A stretch of 64,000 nucleotides of DNA, taken from the NCBI GenBank assembly GCA_964016885.1, contig OZ024746.1:60884001-60948000 (forward strand), in the 5' to 3' direction. The first letter of the stretch is position 1; every line of letters begins with the position of its first letter. Shown in pieces: positions 1-13,050 of this stretch. The position numbers were made by a program, and so were the translations under genes. This stretch comes from Eledone cirrhosa. Its lineage: Eukaryota. The notes beneath the pieces are model-generated. The model had not been told where the DNA came from and ran no database searches. It saw nothing but the letters and a program-made list of their open reading frames with translations.

Positions 1-463
1 AATTTTCCTTATGAATGATTTACAGTTCGTCGGGAACAACAAAGTTCATAAATCCATAATCAACGTTTCTAGACCTTCACAGTCTCACCATCAGGAGGTG
101 GAATGTTGTTGGCTTTGTTACTGTCTCATTTATTGTAGGTAAATGTACCACACGAAATTTTCATCGCCATCATTTGTGTTGGCTTTATTACAGGAATTTG
201 AAATTTTATGTTTGCCTGTTAGACATATACATCAACTCTCATGTGTTTATGCGGCCTTTACGCTGTCTGTGTTTATCTTAGCATTGCATTGCAATATAAG
301 TACTGCTTCCATAAATAATGGTACATTTTTGTTGGGAACTCTGCATAATATGGATGTATTGTCCATTTGTATTTTTCTTTGGGCTTTATCTTGTGTCGTG
401 TGGTGTAGTGGAATCTTGGGCTTGTACAGGTAATTAAAGTGTGTATACATTTTTTGAGACACA

Positions 464-498
<35 letters not shown>

Positions 499-570
499 TG
501 AGATGGAGGGTTTGTGGTGGACCATAACGTACCAGAGTACTCGATACTTAGGGTAGTAGAGTGGGTAATA

Positions 571-664
571 GGAAAAGAGTCAGGACCCCGACGGCTGAGC
601 TCCGGCCGTTCGGATCTAGTTGTTGAAACGGCCGGAGCTCACCCGTCGGGGTCCTGACTCTTTT

Positions 665-666
<2 letters not shown>
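571..666. repeat. Long palindrome / foldback element, copy 1
   Basis: GGAAAAGAGTCAGGACCCCGACGGCTGAGCTCCGGCCGTT...AACGGCCGGAGCTCACCCGTCGGGGTCCTGACTCTTTTCC, flanked by TA on each side. Confidence 0.9.
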
Positions 667-726
<60 letters not shown>

Positions 727-1269
727 TTTGTATATATAAAAGAAAGAAGTAGGAGAGAAAATAAAAATTAGTATTTGACATGTGAGCAAAATAAGAATGG
801 GAAGAAAACAACAAAGCGAAAGAAATACGAATAAAAACGGGGAGAGAAGAATAACGAGACGGTAAATGAGAGTAATTGTGAAAGAGTGTGAAAAAGTGGA
901 TAATTAAATAAGAAAATATAAAAAGGAGAAGTTATAAAGTCACTTCTTTATATAACTTGATGTGAAAACAGATTTTATTTGTTTCTATTCTATTGTATTG
1001 GCTTACAGCGTAGTTCTGTCTCTTTGTTGCTTTCATTTATAGTTAATTATTGCTGTTCAAAAGATAGTGCAATAATGAATGGCTAGAACAATACACTAAA
1101 CCAGAGGTTTTCAAGGGGTGGGTGCTGTTACCCCCCCCCCCCCCCCCCGGGAGGACGTTGAGAAGGTCCAGGGGGCGTTGTGGCCTAAGGAGGTACTGGG
1201 GGAGCGGTACAGATGATATAATATCATATCAAATATCTAAAAAGTCTAAAGTCTGTCTTAAGCCAGAAG

Positions 1270-1475
1270 ACTCATTTGGCCGGTGCTTATCCCGGTTTCA
1301 TGGCGTGAAGCGACTGAGAGTACAAGACTCCCCCCTGGACAGGACGCCAGTCCATCGCAGGGTTAACCCGACTCCCCAGCTATTGTGGTACTCATTTTCA
1401 GCTGAGTGTACTGGAGTAATGTGAAATGAAGTGTTTTGCTCAAGAACACAATACGCAACCAAGGAATCGAACCCA
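1270..1475 (-). mobile_element. CORE/V-domain-like SINE fragment
   Basis: Minus strand has a B box GGTTCGATTCC, a CORE-like TGTGTTCTTGAGCAAAACACTT...CTCAGCTGAAAATG and a V-domain-like CCTGCGATGGACTGGCGTCCTGTCCAGGGG. Domain names are recalled from memory. Confidence 0.6.
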
Positions 1476-1945
1476 CCACCACCAATACCACCACCACCAC
1501 CACCACCATCATCATCATCTTCATCATAATGATGATCATGATGATCTCTCTTCTCCACATACTTCTCGTTATCATCATCATCCACCATCATCACCATTAC
1601 CACCATCATAATCATCAACATCGCCACCACCACCATCATCATCATCAATCTCATTATCATCACCATCATCATCATCATCATCATCATCACCTCTATCATT
1701 ACCATCACCACCACCATCATCATCATTATCAAAGCCATCACCATCATCATCATCAATCTCATTATCACCACCACCATCATCATCATTATCACCATCATCA
1801 TCACCACCATCACCACCACCACCATCATCATTATCACCATCATCACCCCCCCCCCTACCAACCACCACCACCACCACCACCACCATCACCATATTCATCA
1901 ACACCCCCTCCCCACTACCACCACCACCACCATATTCATCACCTC
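1474..1945. repeat. (CAC/CAT)n compound microsatellite
   Basis: Read directly. Similar tracts lie at 11776-11945, 30330-30497 and 31788-32120, and (AAG)n at 18862-18988. (CA)n, (TA)n, (GA)n, (CATA)n and (CTAT)n tracts are numerous. Confidence 0.95.
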
Positions 1946-2318
1946 TAACCTCACCCCTACATCAGCTAGCTTCACCACTACCGTACCACGACACTTAGCT
2001 ACTACAATAATTATAACAACAATATTGTTATCCATTTTCCATGTATCTCCTCCCATTAGACACAGAACAATGTACCAGCTGAGCTGAGATTCTTTTTCTA
2101 GGAGATTCTATCTATTTCTTGGCCGTTCAAACCATTTTCTCCCACTTGGCAAAGACCAGTCAGACATATGTACTTCAGATGTGTTGTTTTCCATTCCATT
2201 TTTTAAACAAATTATTCTATCACATGACATTTTTATCATATTATCATAGAAAATGAAAGAAAGAAAGAAAAAGAGAAAGAAAGATGGAGCGATAGATAGA
2301 AAGAGTCAGTGAGAGAGA

Positions 2319-2385
<67 letters not shown>

Positions 2386-2527
2386 TGTGTGCGAGTGAAA
2401 CACACACGGGCGGAATATTTTCGCAATTATTTCATCTCAAATCACACGCGTACACACATCTACCTCTTCCCCCCTTTCTCTCTCCATCAATCTATCTATC
2501 CATCTATCCATCTATCTACCTATCTAT

Positions 2528-2576
2528 CCTTTGTATTTGTCCCCTTCTTTTGTGCCCCTGTGGCTAATAAAGAAAC
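2528..2576 (+). mobile_element. 49-bp 3'-terminal stub of the (CTAT)-associated Tx1 family
   Basis: Near-identical to the last ~49 bp of the element ending at 29112 (CCTTTGTATTTGTCCCCTTCTTTTGTGCCCCT(G/A)TGGCTAATAAAGAAAC). CTAT/CCAT repeats lie on both sides. Confidence 0.85.
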
Positions 2577-2577
2577 A

Positions 2578-2632
<55 letters not shown>

Positions 2633-2639
2633 ATACATA

Positions 2640-3001
2640 TAAGTATCACTTTAGAAAGAGAATCAGAGTGGAGAGAGGCACTGCACCCCAGTAAATTTAC
2701 TGAAAAATGGGTGAATGAAGCAAAAATGGCCCGAGTGATTGGGCCTTCTCTTTTTATAAGCCTGTAGGTTGAAGAAGAGAGCAAAGGGAAGAAAGGAGCA
2801 CTTGCACAACACGCTCCTGGAGTTGAGGGTTGTTCTATCGACGGGGTATTAAACAACCCATTTGTGACGCTTCCCCCCTATTAGGGATTTCGATTGTTGT
2901 AATTGTTTGTTTTTATATTTTTTACACGACTGTATGTAAAATCCCCGGCATGTCTTTGTATTGCCCCCTTTTCTTGTGCACCCTTGTGGCTAATAAAGAA
3001 A
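2640..3001 (+). mobile_element. 5'-truncated Tx1 copy (ORF2 C-terminus + 3' UTR)
   Basis: Encodes KYHFRKRIRVER...EALHPSKFTEKWVNEAKMARVIGPSLFISL* (with a frameshift), matching the Tx1 ORF2 C-terminus. It ends GGCTAATAAAGAAAT-ATATCTAT and starts just after a (CTAT)n tract. Confidence 0.88.
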
Positions 3002-3450
3002 TATATCTATATACATATACACGCACATATAATGTGTGTGTATATGTATATATATGCATGTGTATGTATGTATGTATGTATGTATGTATGAATCTATCTA
3101 TATACCTATCTCTCTATCTATATACATACACACACACACACACATATATAATGTGTGTGTGTATGTATGTATGTATGTGTGTATGTATGTATGTGTGTGT
3201 GATATATTTTATACTATTTAATAATGCTATATTTCACATTTTGTGTTCAAATCACGCTGAGGTCAACGTGACCTTTTAACATTCTGTCATCAATAAGTTG
3301 GTGACAAAGTAGGTCTTTTTAGACTTTTAGACATAGCACTGCTTTACCTACACAGCGAAGGGGCAGTAAATGGAACCCTAAACAAATGCTTGCTCAATAC
3401 TTTAACTTGGCATTCAACAACTGTCTGGTTACCCAAATATGCAGTCGAAA

Positions 3451-3523
<73 letters not shown>

Positions 3524-3654
3524 TTACCTCAGCAATAATACCCCGAAAGTTACTTGTTCTCCCAGGGTTTCCAGGTAATTCGAAGTTTTGGTACTGATCG
3601 CCGTTTATATCCGTCTCTGCAATCAAAAGAGAAAATATTATATATATATGTATA

Positions 3655-3723
<69 letters not shown>

Positions 3724-3800
3724 GTGTGTGTGTGTAAATATATATATATATATGTATATATATACACATACACATGTATATACCACACACACACACATTC

Positions 3801-3834
<34 letters not shown>

Positions 3835-3856
3835 GGTATATATATATGTGTATGTG

Positions 3857-3936
<80 letters not shown>

Positions 3937-5138
3937 CACATACACACACACATATATATACATATACATATATATATATATATGTAATAATAATACATTT
4001 GAAGACTAAAATCCAAAGAGGGGTCGATATATATATATGTGTGTATATACATATTCCAACTGACGAAAATTTATGAAATAAAAGTACTGCGAAAAAATAT
4101 AGAATGAACAAAGAGTATTATGTATGTCCCCGTAACTCCTTGGGGTATCTTAGGGGGTACAGTAGTGACATACGGCGTTTCTAGGGCATTTATTAAAACC
4201 TGCCAGAGCTCATCTCCTCTCAAGGTGTGAATACAACAGATTTCTTCCAGAGAAGGATTGCGAGTGTGAAAGACTGGACGTGGAAAGAGATGTAGCGAAA
4301 GAATCGACCCCGGTATTAGACTGGTACTTATTTTTAGCGACTTTGAATGGATAAAATGCAAAGTTGACCTGGGCGGAATTTGAACTCAGAGAGCAGAGAG
4401 CAGAGAGTCGAAATGAATACCGCAAAGCATTCTATCCGATGTTCTAACGATTCTGCCAATTCGCTATGTCTAAGTCTTAGTAACTGAATTACGAAGTATG
4501 GTTGAAGAAGTGTTGTTTGAATTTGCCTTCTATCATCCATACATATTTTCTATGTTCTGTCAACTGGTTTGGTTTCGTAGAATTAACTCCTGTTCCCTAT
4601 ATCATCAATTCGGTATTACACAACTTATTGATCAGGCGTGGAAGTTTCTGCATGTGCAACTTTCCCCAGATGATTTTGTTGGCTTATGTGCAATTATTTT
4701 ATGCATATTAGTACAGCTATATCTGAATCTTAAGTAGTTCACATTAAAGAGATTTTTTTTTATAGCGCTGATGAATTGGAAAATGCTTATCGTTAAATGC
4801 TTATCGTTAAAAGGAAGGTTTTGGCAATATTTGACTTGGCATTTAAGGGAAAGCAGTGTAAGAACCACGTATGACCACTGTTTACAGGGGCATCTTTTAA
4901 TTCTAATATGAGGTTGCCTTATCATATATTTCCTTATTTAAAGAAAGGTTGAAAATATTTCTACTTATGTTACTAACTATGTTTTAAACGTGTGGTTAGG
5001 TGGAAATAGTTAATATAAATGTAGTAACTCGCATAAGACCGGATCTGTTTATTATAGCTGTTTCTTCTGAGTGAACTAGATGTTGCCATATCGTCTGCAA
5101 TTGTCTAACGATATTCTAGGCCATACCAGGAATATATC

Positions 5139-5205
<67 letters not shown>

Positions 5206-5399
5206 CCACACATAAACATACATACATAGATACATACAGACATGCATGGACATATATATACATACATACACATACACACACACACGCACACGCACACACA
5301 TATATATATATGTTCATCAGTACACACGTATCAAATTATATAATGAAAAGACGCATATGTTGATGTTTATATGGAGATCGGAAACCAGATTTCAGCCTA

Positions 5400-5466
<67 letters not shown>

Positions 5467-5607
5467 CCTACAAACACACACACACGCACGCAGTCGTGTT
5501 AATTCGAACACAAGCATATACATTCTAACATACATCAAATGCATGCATATACACTTTTTTTATACACCCACATACTGATGTTTATACGGACAAACAATAT
5601 CCTCACA

Positions 5608-5671
<64 letters not shown>

Positions 5672-6938
5672 ACACTCTCTCACACACACACATGCATAAA
5701 CACCCTTCTGAATATACATAAATAGATTTGTATAGAATATACATGTGTGTGATTTCCACGTAGACTCAGAAATATACACAGTACACATCCGAATACACAC
5801 ACATGCATATATGCAAATATACATACATGCGTGTATGTTATGTATGTATGGGCGGAAGAACTCATAAGGGTCAACGGCCATCCAAAAGTGTGTAAATATG
5901 TATATACACATGTACATATGTATATGTGTATGTGTATGTGCGTGGGTGCATGTGTATGTATATGCGCGGGGACATAGAAATAGTCGGGCTGGACACCCGA
6001 TCGCGCGGTTAAACCACTGGGAGTGAAGGACCCCTAGCCTTTGTCAGGGCATTCTTCTAGGAGAAGGAAACTGGGATAACTCCGACATAAAATCTGCGGC
6101 TCAGAAGTTACCGATGATGTTGATCTTTTCTTCTTTTCGGGTTTCAGCTACTGTCGCTCAGAGAGTGGGATTGGCTCAGTGCACAGTCTTTCATCACTTT
6201 TAAAAATATCTTCACGCACAGGCATTGCACGATAGAATTAATTAATAATTATTAATAATGGTATATCGTGCAATGATCATACTCGATAACGAGGGGGCAG
6301 CCATCATCATGTATGTATGTATGTATGTATGTGTGTATGTGTGTATGTATGTATGTGCGTGTGTGTATGTGTGTTTGTATGTCTGTATGTATGTATATAT
6401 GCATGTACGTGTGTATGTATGTGTGTGTGTGTGTCTGTTTGTCTGTATATATGTGAGTATGTATGTATGTATGTATGTATGTATGTATGTATGTATGTAT
6501 GTATGTATGTATGTATGTATGTATGTATGCATGTATATGTATGTGTGTGTCTGTGTGTGTGTCTGTCTGTATGTATGTCTGCATGTATCATGGCTGTATA
6601 TTAACACAGTATAGGCAGATATGAAATAGAAATCTAGAATGAGCCTCCATCGGTTTCGAGATGATCGTTCCAGTTGTTCGATCAACGGAACAACCTGTTC
6701 ATGAAATTAATGTGCATCCTTTACGTAATTCTCAGGGAGATTCAGTGTACATACTGTGTGATAAGGGCGGCTCATTGAATTACAGGTACAGTTTAATCTA
6801 TAGGCTTCCTAACAGTTTCCATCTACCCAGTTTCACTCACAGACCTGAGGCCAAAGTAAATGACACTTGTCCAAGATGCCACGCAGTGGGATCGAACCTA
6901 GGACCATTTTTTGCGAAGCGAATTTCATAAGGCACTAA

Positions 6939-7205
6939 TCTATATAATAAGAGCGTTGTCCATCCGTCCGTCCGTCTCTATGTCCGTCACGCTCACTTTA
7001 TATAGAGAGGGGCAGCGCCAAGCGAGAGATACGTACATAGATAGAGAGAGAAATGGGAACGCCATGTGTTTTCGAGGTGACAGAAAGAGGTAGATAGATA
7101 AAAAGTTACGACATCGCCTTCATCTATATATATATATAGAGAGAGAGAAGGAGTGCCAAGCGAAAGGGATGTACAAAAATATAGAGAGGGAAAAGAACGT
7201 CATTT

Positions 7206-7249
<44 letters not shown>

Positions 7250-7385
7250 TGTGTGTGTGACAGAAAGAGGGAGACGTCGCCCTCACTGTATAGAGAGAGG
7301 GGGGCGCTAAACGAAAGAGATGTAGATAAATAATTAGAGAGAGAGAGAGTGACAGAAAGAGGGAAGAGACGTCGTCCTCATTTAT
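6939..7385 (+). mobile_element. Probable Helitron 5' end with internal degenerate GA-rich repeats
   Basis: A|TCTATATAATAAGAG followed by (TCCG)n-like repeats, a typical Helitron 5' layout. Degenerate GA-rich repeats follow. Confidence 0.5.
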
Positions 7386-7481
7386 TCCCTTACCATCCTC
7401 CGGGGAAACGCCTTCTCCATCCTATTTGCCGGGGCTGTGGGGATGCCAGCACGATGTGGGACCCCATTTGCTCACCATACG
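7386..7481 (+). mobile_element. Short fragment of the CRE-like element 3' region
   Basis: CCCTTACCATCCTCCGGGGAAACGCCTTCTCCAT...GGGACCCCATTTGCTCACCATAC matches about 21574-21664. Confidence 0.8.
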
Positions 7482-7875
7482 GATTAATAGGCAAAGTTAT
7501 AAACTATTGTGTATAAATAATATAGACACCCATATGGCATATTTGGATATACATTAGAGCCAACAGTGGAACCTGTATGTAGTTGAAGCTCGACCTGCTT
7601 GAAAAAACAGTCAAACCACCCTCGAAATTCACGAAGGAAGGAAGGTGGCATTGCATAATGTCCCCTGAATATCTTATCCCTTGAACAAGTGCAATGGTCA
7701 TAAGTGGAACGTCTTTGATCATATGTCTGTTCTTTCAAAGTTGATCTGGTTCCAAAAAATATACAAGAACAGCTTTAATAATAGTAAGTTTAATGACAAT
7801 AACAACTTACACGCATATATGGGATATAGTACACCTCTCTCTATTGGAGTGAAAGCAACTGGTGCGTGTGTTTCT

Positions 7876-7908
<33 letters not shown>

Positions 7909-8101
7909 CATAGTTTTACACACAAATACACACATAATGTGAAGACATACGCACACATATGTATGTATGTATGTATGTATGCATGCATGCAGATATGTAT
8001 GTATGCATGTATGTATGCACGCATGCATGCATGTATGTAAATATATATAAATATATATATAATTCCATTCCGCCCGTCCCCTCAATCTATTTCTCATTCT
8101 T

Positions 8102-8137
8102 TCTTCTGATGAAAGACTAGCGTCCGAAACGTTAAGA
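8102..8137 (+). ncRNA. Minimal type I hammerhead ribozyme-like motif (Penelope-associated type)
   Basis: TCTT-CTGATGA-AAGACTAGCGTCC-GAAACGTT-AAGA: both core motifs, stem I TCTT/AAGA and palindromic helix III AACGTT. Stem II is short (GAC/GTC). Confidence 0.6.
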
Positions 8138-8579
8138 CCCTCTTCCTGCTATATCAAACGTTAACCTAATATATACCTTCCATATACTGTACCGATTGTG
8201 TTGTTATTTCTGTTTATCTTTTACATACACACATATATATATATATGGTGGTACAATGTGTGAAGTTAAATGAAGACTTGTTAAAATGATAGACACACGT
8301 GACCAACGGGTCACGTGGCAGCCAACTTCGAAACCTAATTCTTTATAAGTTTCATGTCTGTCGGAGGTGACCAACATAACGAAGGTGATAGGGGTAGAGT
8401 TTAGGCCTGCAAAGAAGAAGGTTGAGGAACATGGTTAGTGGAGGGGGCGTGTCCTGTGATGAATGCACTGATTGACGTTTGTATATGTTTGTATATATGT
8501 GTGTGTGCGAGCCTGCATGAGCAATGAAACACAGATGTGTGTGTGTGTTTGCGTATTTGTCTTTCTGTCTGTTCGTCCA

Positions 8580-8644
<65 letters not shown>

Positions 8645-9012
8645 CCTACCTATCTATCTACCTATCTATTTATTGCCTTTCATCCTTACGGGGTCGATAA
8701 AATAAAGTACCAGTAATGTACTGGGTAATTGCTGGCCTTGTGCCAAAAATAGAAACAATTATATATATATATATATAATGGATTGGCAGTATTGGTAGAC
8801 GCCAAGCTTTGTAGCATAGAATTACGGCCCTTTACGGTCTGAGTTCAAATCCCCCAGAGGTTCACTTTTCCTTTCATCCTTACGGTGTCGATAAAATAAA
8901 GTACCAGTAATGCACTGAGGTCCATTTAATCGATTTTCCAATCCCCCCAAAAATTGTTGGCCTTAACAGCATTGTAATCAATGTATGTATACATTGATTT
9001 TTTGGGAACACC

Positions 9013-9097
<85 letters not shown>

Positions 9098-9298
9098 TGC
9101 AGATGTAGGTATTTTGGCAAGCTCGCTGGATACATCAGTTGCGTGTTGCAACGTTCAAAATATAAACAAACGTATTTATTTCACAAAAGCACAGACGGCT
9201 TATCGTCATTGTTACTGCCGATATGCCACCCAAAAGTCTCCCAGCCTGGCCGCAAGATCAGATTTTCCAGAAGAAAAAATGTTACTAGAGCAACAGAG

Positions 9299-9797
9299 AG
9301 ACTAAGCTTCGCGATTACCATCAACAAAGCTCAGGGTCAAACCCTAAAAGTAGCTGGCCTTCATCTGGGAAAACCATGCTTCTCCCATGGTCAATTGTAT
9401 GTAGGATGCTTTAGGGTCATTTCGCCAAACAATCTCTTCATCTTTGCTCCCGAGGGCCGAACAAAAAATATTGTATACTCTGAGGCCCTAACAATGTAAT
9501 TTATGTATTTTCTGTTACTTGGAATTTCCATTATGGTTGTACAAATTATTGTAAAGTTTGTTAAACAATTTGTTCTCGGTTCAGTTTTTATTGTTGTAAC
9601 TATCAATTTTCTTTAACGTACTGGCTGCTGAACTGGGGAATCCTAAAAACTATTCAAACCCAACACCAAAGCACGTTAACCCCCCACCTCGCTGACTTGA
9701 GAGGGTTTGCGGTATCTTTGCACTGGAGTGGAGGAGGGAATCCTGAAAAGATAAAATGCCGGTATACCTAACCGGGCGCCAGCCGGACGCCCAGCTA

Positions 9798-9798
<1 letters not shown>
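9299..9798 (+). mobile_element. Helitron 3' portion: Pif1-like helicase C-terminus plus hairpin-CTAG terminus
   Basis: RLSFAITINKAQGQTLKVAGLHLGKPCFSHGQLYVGCFRV...TKNIVYSEAL (9299-9499) matches RepHel helicase motifs V-VI. The end is CCGGGCGCCAGCCGG-ACGCCCAG-CTAG|T (CTAG at 9795-9798). Confidence 0.9.
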
Positions 9799-9836
<38 letters not shown>

Positions 9837-10134
9837 TTTCCATTTAAAGATAGCGATAACGATATAGAGATATAAATACATATATTCCCACATGCATACA
9901 GACAGATGTAAGAATGCACGCACACACAAATATATGCGTGTCTGATAAGAAACCAGGATTACACACTCACGCAAAAAAAAAAAAATTAGTATATCAGGTC
10001 GTCTTTCTGTTGCGATCCTGCTGCTGATGCTACCGAACAAGACTTGCCCTAGGACATGGCTGGCTGTAAAAACTATTTGGATACGGGTGTTTGTAAACCT
10101 AACTCAGACCTCCTCTCTTATATAGCTGATTTAT

Positions 10135-10342
10135 CCCTTTAGCATTTATATTACTCTGCATTTACTATAGTATGTTCATGGTAAAGGCTTTATCTTACAT
10201 AATATCGAATCTATGAGATTTTGATATTATTTATTTTGAGAACAATACCTTAACATAAGTATGAGCAGCCAGTTACAGCCAGTTTGAACAAGAAGAGGTG
10301 AGAGAATTCTGGCCGAATATGACCGGTTTAAATGCTAAAGGG
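10135..10342. mobile_element. piggyBac-like MITE (~208 bp)
   Basis: TIRs CCCTTTAGCATTTA / TAAATGCTAAAGGG with a duplicated TTAT flank. A second copy lies in inverted orientation at ~30855-31074. Confidence 0.75.
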
Positions 10343-12279
10343 TTATTGCAAATGGCGGTGTAAAAGTTTGGCGTTCTTGTTTCTCCTTTGGTTTGATTAC
10401 ACAATGGTGGGTGTTGTTTCTATCTTCAACAGCTATTTCTAACGTCAACGACTAGACGAGATAATGTAGTTACTTGACCGGCTAAAATTAATAACTAAAT
10501 CTTCCCTTCAATTTAAATAAGGATAAGACACATTGGAAAAATGTAGTCCTTAAAAGATTTTGATGGTAATAGCTGGCATACTTTTGATCATGTCTGCTCA
10601 GTCAGGGCTGACCTAGCTTAAACAACAATAATAACAGCAACCAAAACTACGTGAGCCAATAAGAAATTCTCTTCATGTTAATCTGCTAGAAATAGCAGTC
10701 ATATTTACTTCAAATCACACCATATCGTTTAAGAAGAACCTGAATCAAACCCTGTCACTTTAAGAAGGACACGGGTGAGACCTTACTGTTTTAAGAAGCA
10801 CACAGGTGGGCCCCTATCTTTTAAAGAACACGCATAAGATCTTATCGTTTCAAGTTAACGGGTGGCTCCCCATCATTTTAAGAAGGGCACGGATATGATC
10901 AGAACACACGATCACCGTAAGAAACAGAATAATATTGATTTCTAATTTTAACACAAGGCCAGCAGATTTAGGGGACGGGCAAAGTTGATTAAATCAACCC
11001 AATACTTGACGAGTACTTTATTTTATAGACCTTGAAAGGCTAAGTTTACCTCGGTCGGATTTGATCTCAAAATGTAAAAAAGCCAAAACAAATATCAAAG
11101 TGGAATGTTATCCAACACACTTCCAATTCTGCCAACCCACCGCTCCGACAAGTATAATAATATTACAGAAAATTATAATGGTTTCTAATTTAGGCACAAG
11201 ACCAAACATTTTGAGGGATGGAGAGATTTTGCTGAGACACGAGGCCAGCTGCTGTTGTTGTTGTTGTTGTTGTTGCTTAGATTTAGGTCAATCTTAACTC
11301 AGCAGATCCTAGATCAAAGACATTCTAGCCATGGCAACCCTGTTTTGTTCCTACATGCAAGGTAACTCAGAACCACATTGTCCAATATGTTCTTTTGTAA
11401 CGAGGGTAGTATGTGATTTGAGGGAGATTTCATTGCTATTTCTTGCAGATAGAGTGACCACATAGAGGCCCCCTCGTTGAAAAAGAATGCTATGAAATCC
11501 ATGTAATCGACAACAGAGTAGGAGTCAGACAGAGTTAGATAGAACAATACTAAGTAAGATATACGTTAACAGTCAGAGTAAGTATTAGTTAAACATACAT
11601 TTCTAAGTTTTATCATCTGAATAGAATATACTTCGCTGAGAAACTCTAATAAAACCGAAACATGTCTGTTGCTTTCACCAGTTGGCTTTAAGGACAACAT
11701 CTACTCCTGTCTGTATTATCTTTATTTTCTAAATGATTTGATTTTCTGATTTTATTGGAGTTACCAATAACTTTCACCTCCACCACCACCACCACCACCA
11801 CCTACCACCACCATCAACTACCACAACCATCATCATCACCATCATCAAACACCACCACCACCACCACCACCACCTACCACCACCATCAACTACCACAACC
11901 ATCATCATCATCACCATCATCAAACACCATCACCATCACCATCATGACCTACCATCTTACAAAACGAAAGGGTACATTGAATAAGGTATTCCTAGGTATG
12001 TTATGTATCTGAAAACATATGGATCAGCTCATTCTCACTTGATCCGGTTTTAAACGACAACAGTAAACATCGTCGTTGTCACCATCAACAACGTCCTTCC
12101 CACCTCCCTTCAATAAGCCAATGCAGGGAGGGGGACCTATAGTAAAGCCCCTGACATGCTAGAAATAGTGGTAACACTCCTCATATCACAACCTACTCTC
12201 ATGAAATAGGAAACAGATTTTTTTTTTGCCTTTTTTTACTCGACAAATGGGGTTTCTAATCTATGTAGGAATTGCTTCA

Positions 12280-12430
12280 CTTACCCTTCGGGAAAGGCAT
12301 GAACAACACAAACTTATACGTCAGTATTTCTTCTCTTCTTGTTATATATTTGTGGTGCTGAAACTCGTTGATTATACACTGACGTCAAGTTTTGTAAAAT
12401 GCGCGATAGAGTTGCGCATGCGTCAAGCAA
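12280..12430 (-). promoter_or_regulatory. Possible promoter or first exon: CRE and NRF1-like motifs upstream of a splice donor
   Basis: TGACGTCA at 12380-12387 and TGCGCATGCG at 12413-12422 in unique sequence. A minus-strand AGG|GTAAGT donor lies near 12284. Confidence 0.3.
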
Positions 12431-12724
12431 GCTGCCTCTCTCTATAATCATTTCTGACAAGCACTAGGCCAGAAATTTAGTGGGGGAAGGGACAGTCGAT
12501 TATATCGGCCCCAGTACCTAACAAACATTTAGTCTATCAACACCGAAAGGACGAACGAGAAAGTTGACCTTGGTGCGAATTGAACCAAGAAATCAAAGAA
12601 CCGGAAAGAATACTGCAAAATGCTCCAATGATTAAGTCAATCCACCTGAAGCTGATTCTACAGTGTCGTCATTTACATTACTATCTACCAGAGAGAGAAG
12701 AAAAGACGAAATAAAAGGAAAGGA

Positions 12725-13050
12725 GAAGATAAAAGAAAAAAATGAAATAAGAGAAGTAAAGAAAGGGAGAGGATAAAAAAATGAATGAGATGAAGGAATA
12801 AAGAAGAAGATAAAAGAAAAAAATGAAATAAGAGAAGTAAAAAAAGGAAGAGGATAAAGAAATGAATGAGATGAAGGAATAAAGAAGAAGATAAAAGAAA
12901 AAAATGAAATAAGAGAAGTAAAAAAAGGAAGAGGATAAAGAAATGAATGAGATGAAGGAATAAAGAAGGAGATAAAAGAAAAAAATGAAATAAGAGAAGT
13001 AAAAAAAGGAAGAGGATAAAGAAATGAATGAGATGAAGGAATAAAGAAGA
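12725..13050. repeat. 81-bp purine-rich minisatellite, 4 copies
   Basis: ATAAAAGAAAAAAATGAAAT anchor at 12729, 12810, 12891 and 12972. Confidence 0.92.

Noticed and set aside
1298-1948. His-rich, Met-rich or Asp/Gly-rich protein ORFs
   Set aside because: Translations of a (CAC/CAT)n microsatellite, open in many frames, with no splice or domain support.
4058-4090. CTGACGA...GAAA as another hammerhead (also 11636-11668)
   Set aside because: No convincing stems I to III around the core-like words.
3429-6685. Numerous CV/HT/YI-repeat ORFs here and at 19196-20292, 33207-34360 and 45227-49919
   Set aside because: Translations of (CA)n, (TA)n and (CATA)n microsatellites.
8981-9499. Host Pif1 helicase gene
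   Set aside because: Only the terminal ~65 aa are helicase-like, the N-terminal part is (TA)n, and a Helitron hairpin-CTAG end follows 300 bp later.
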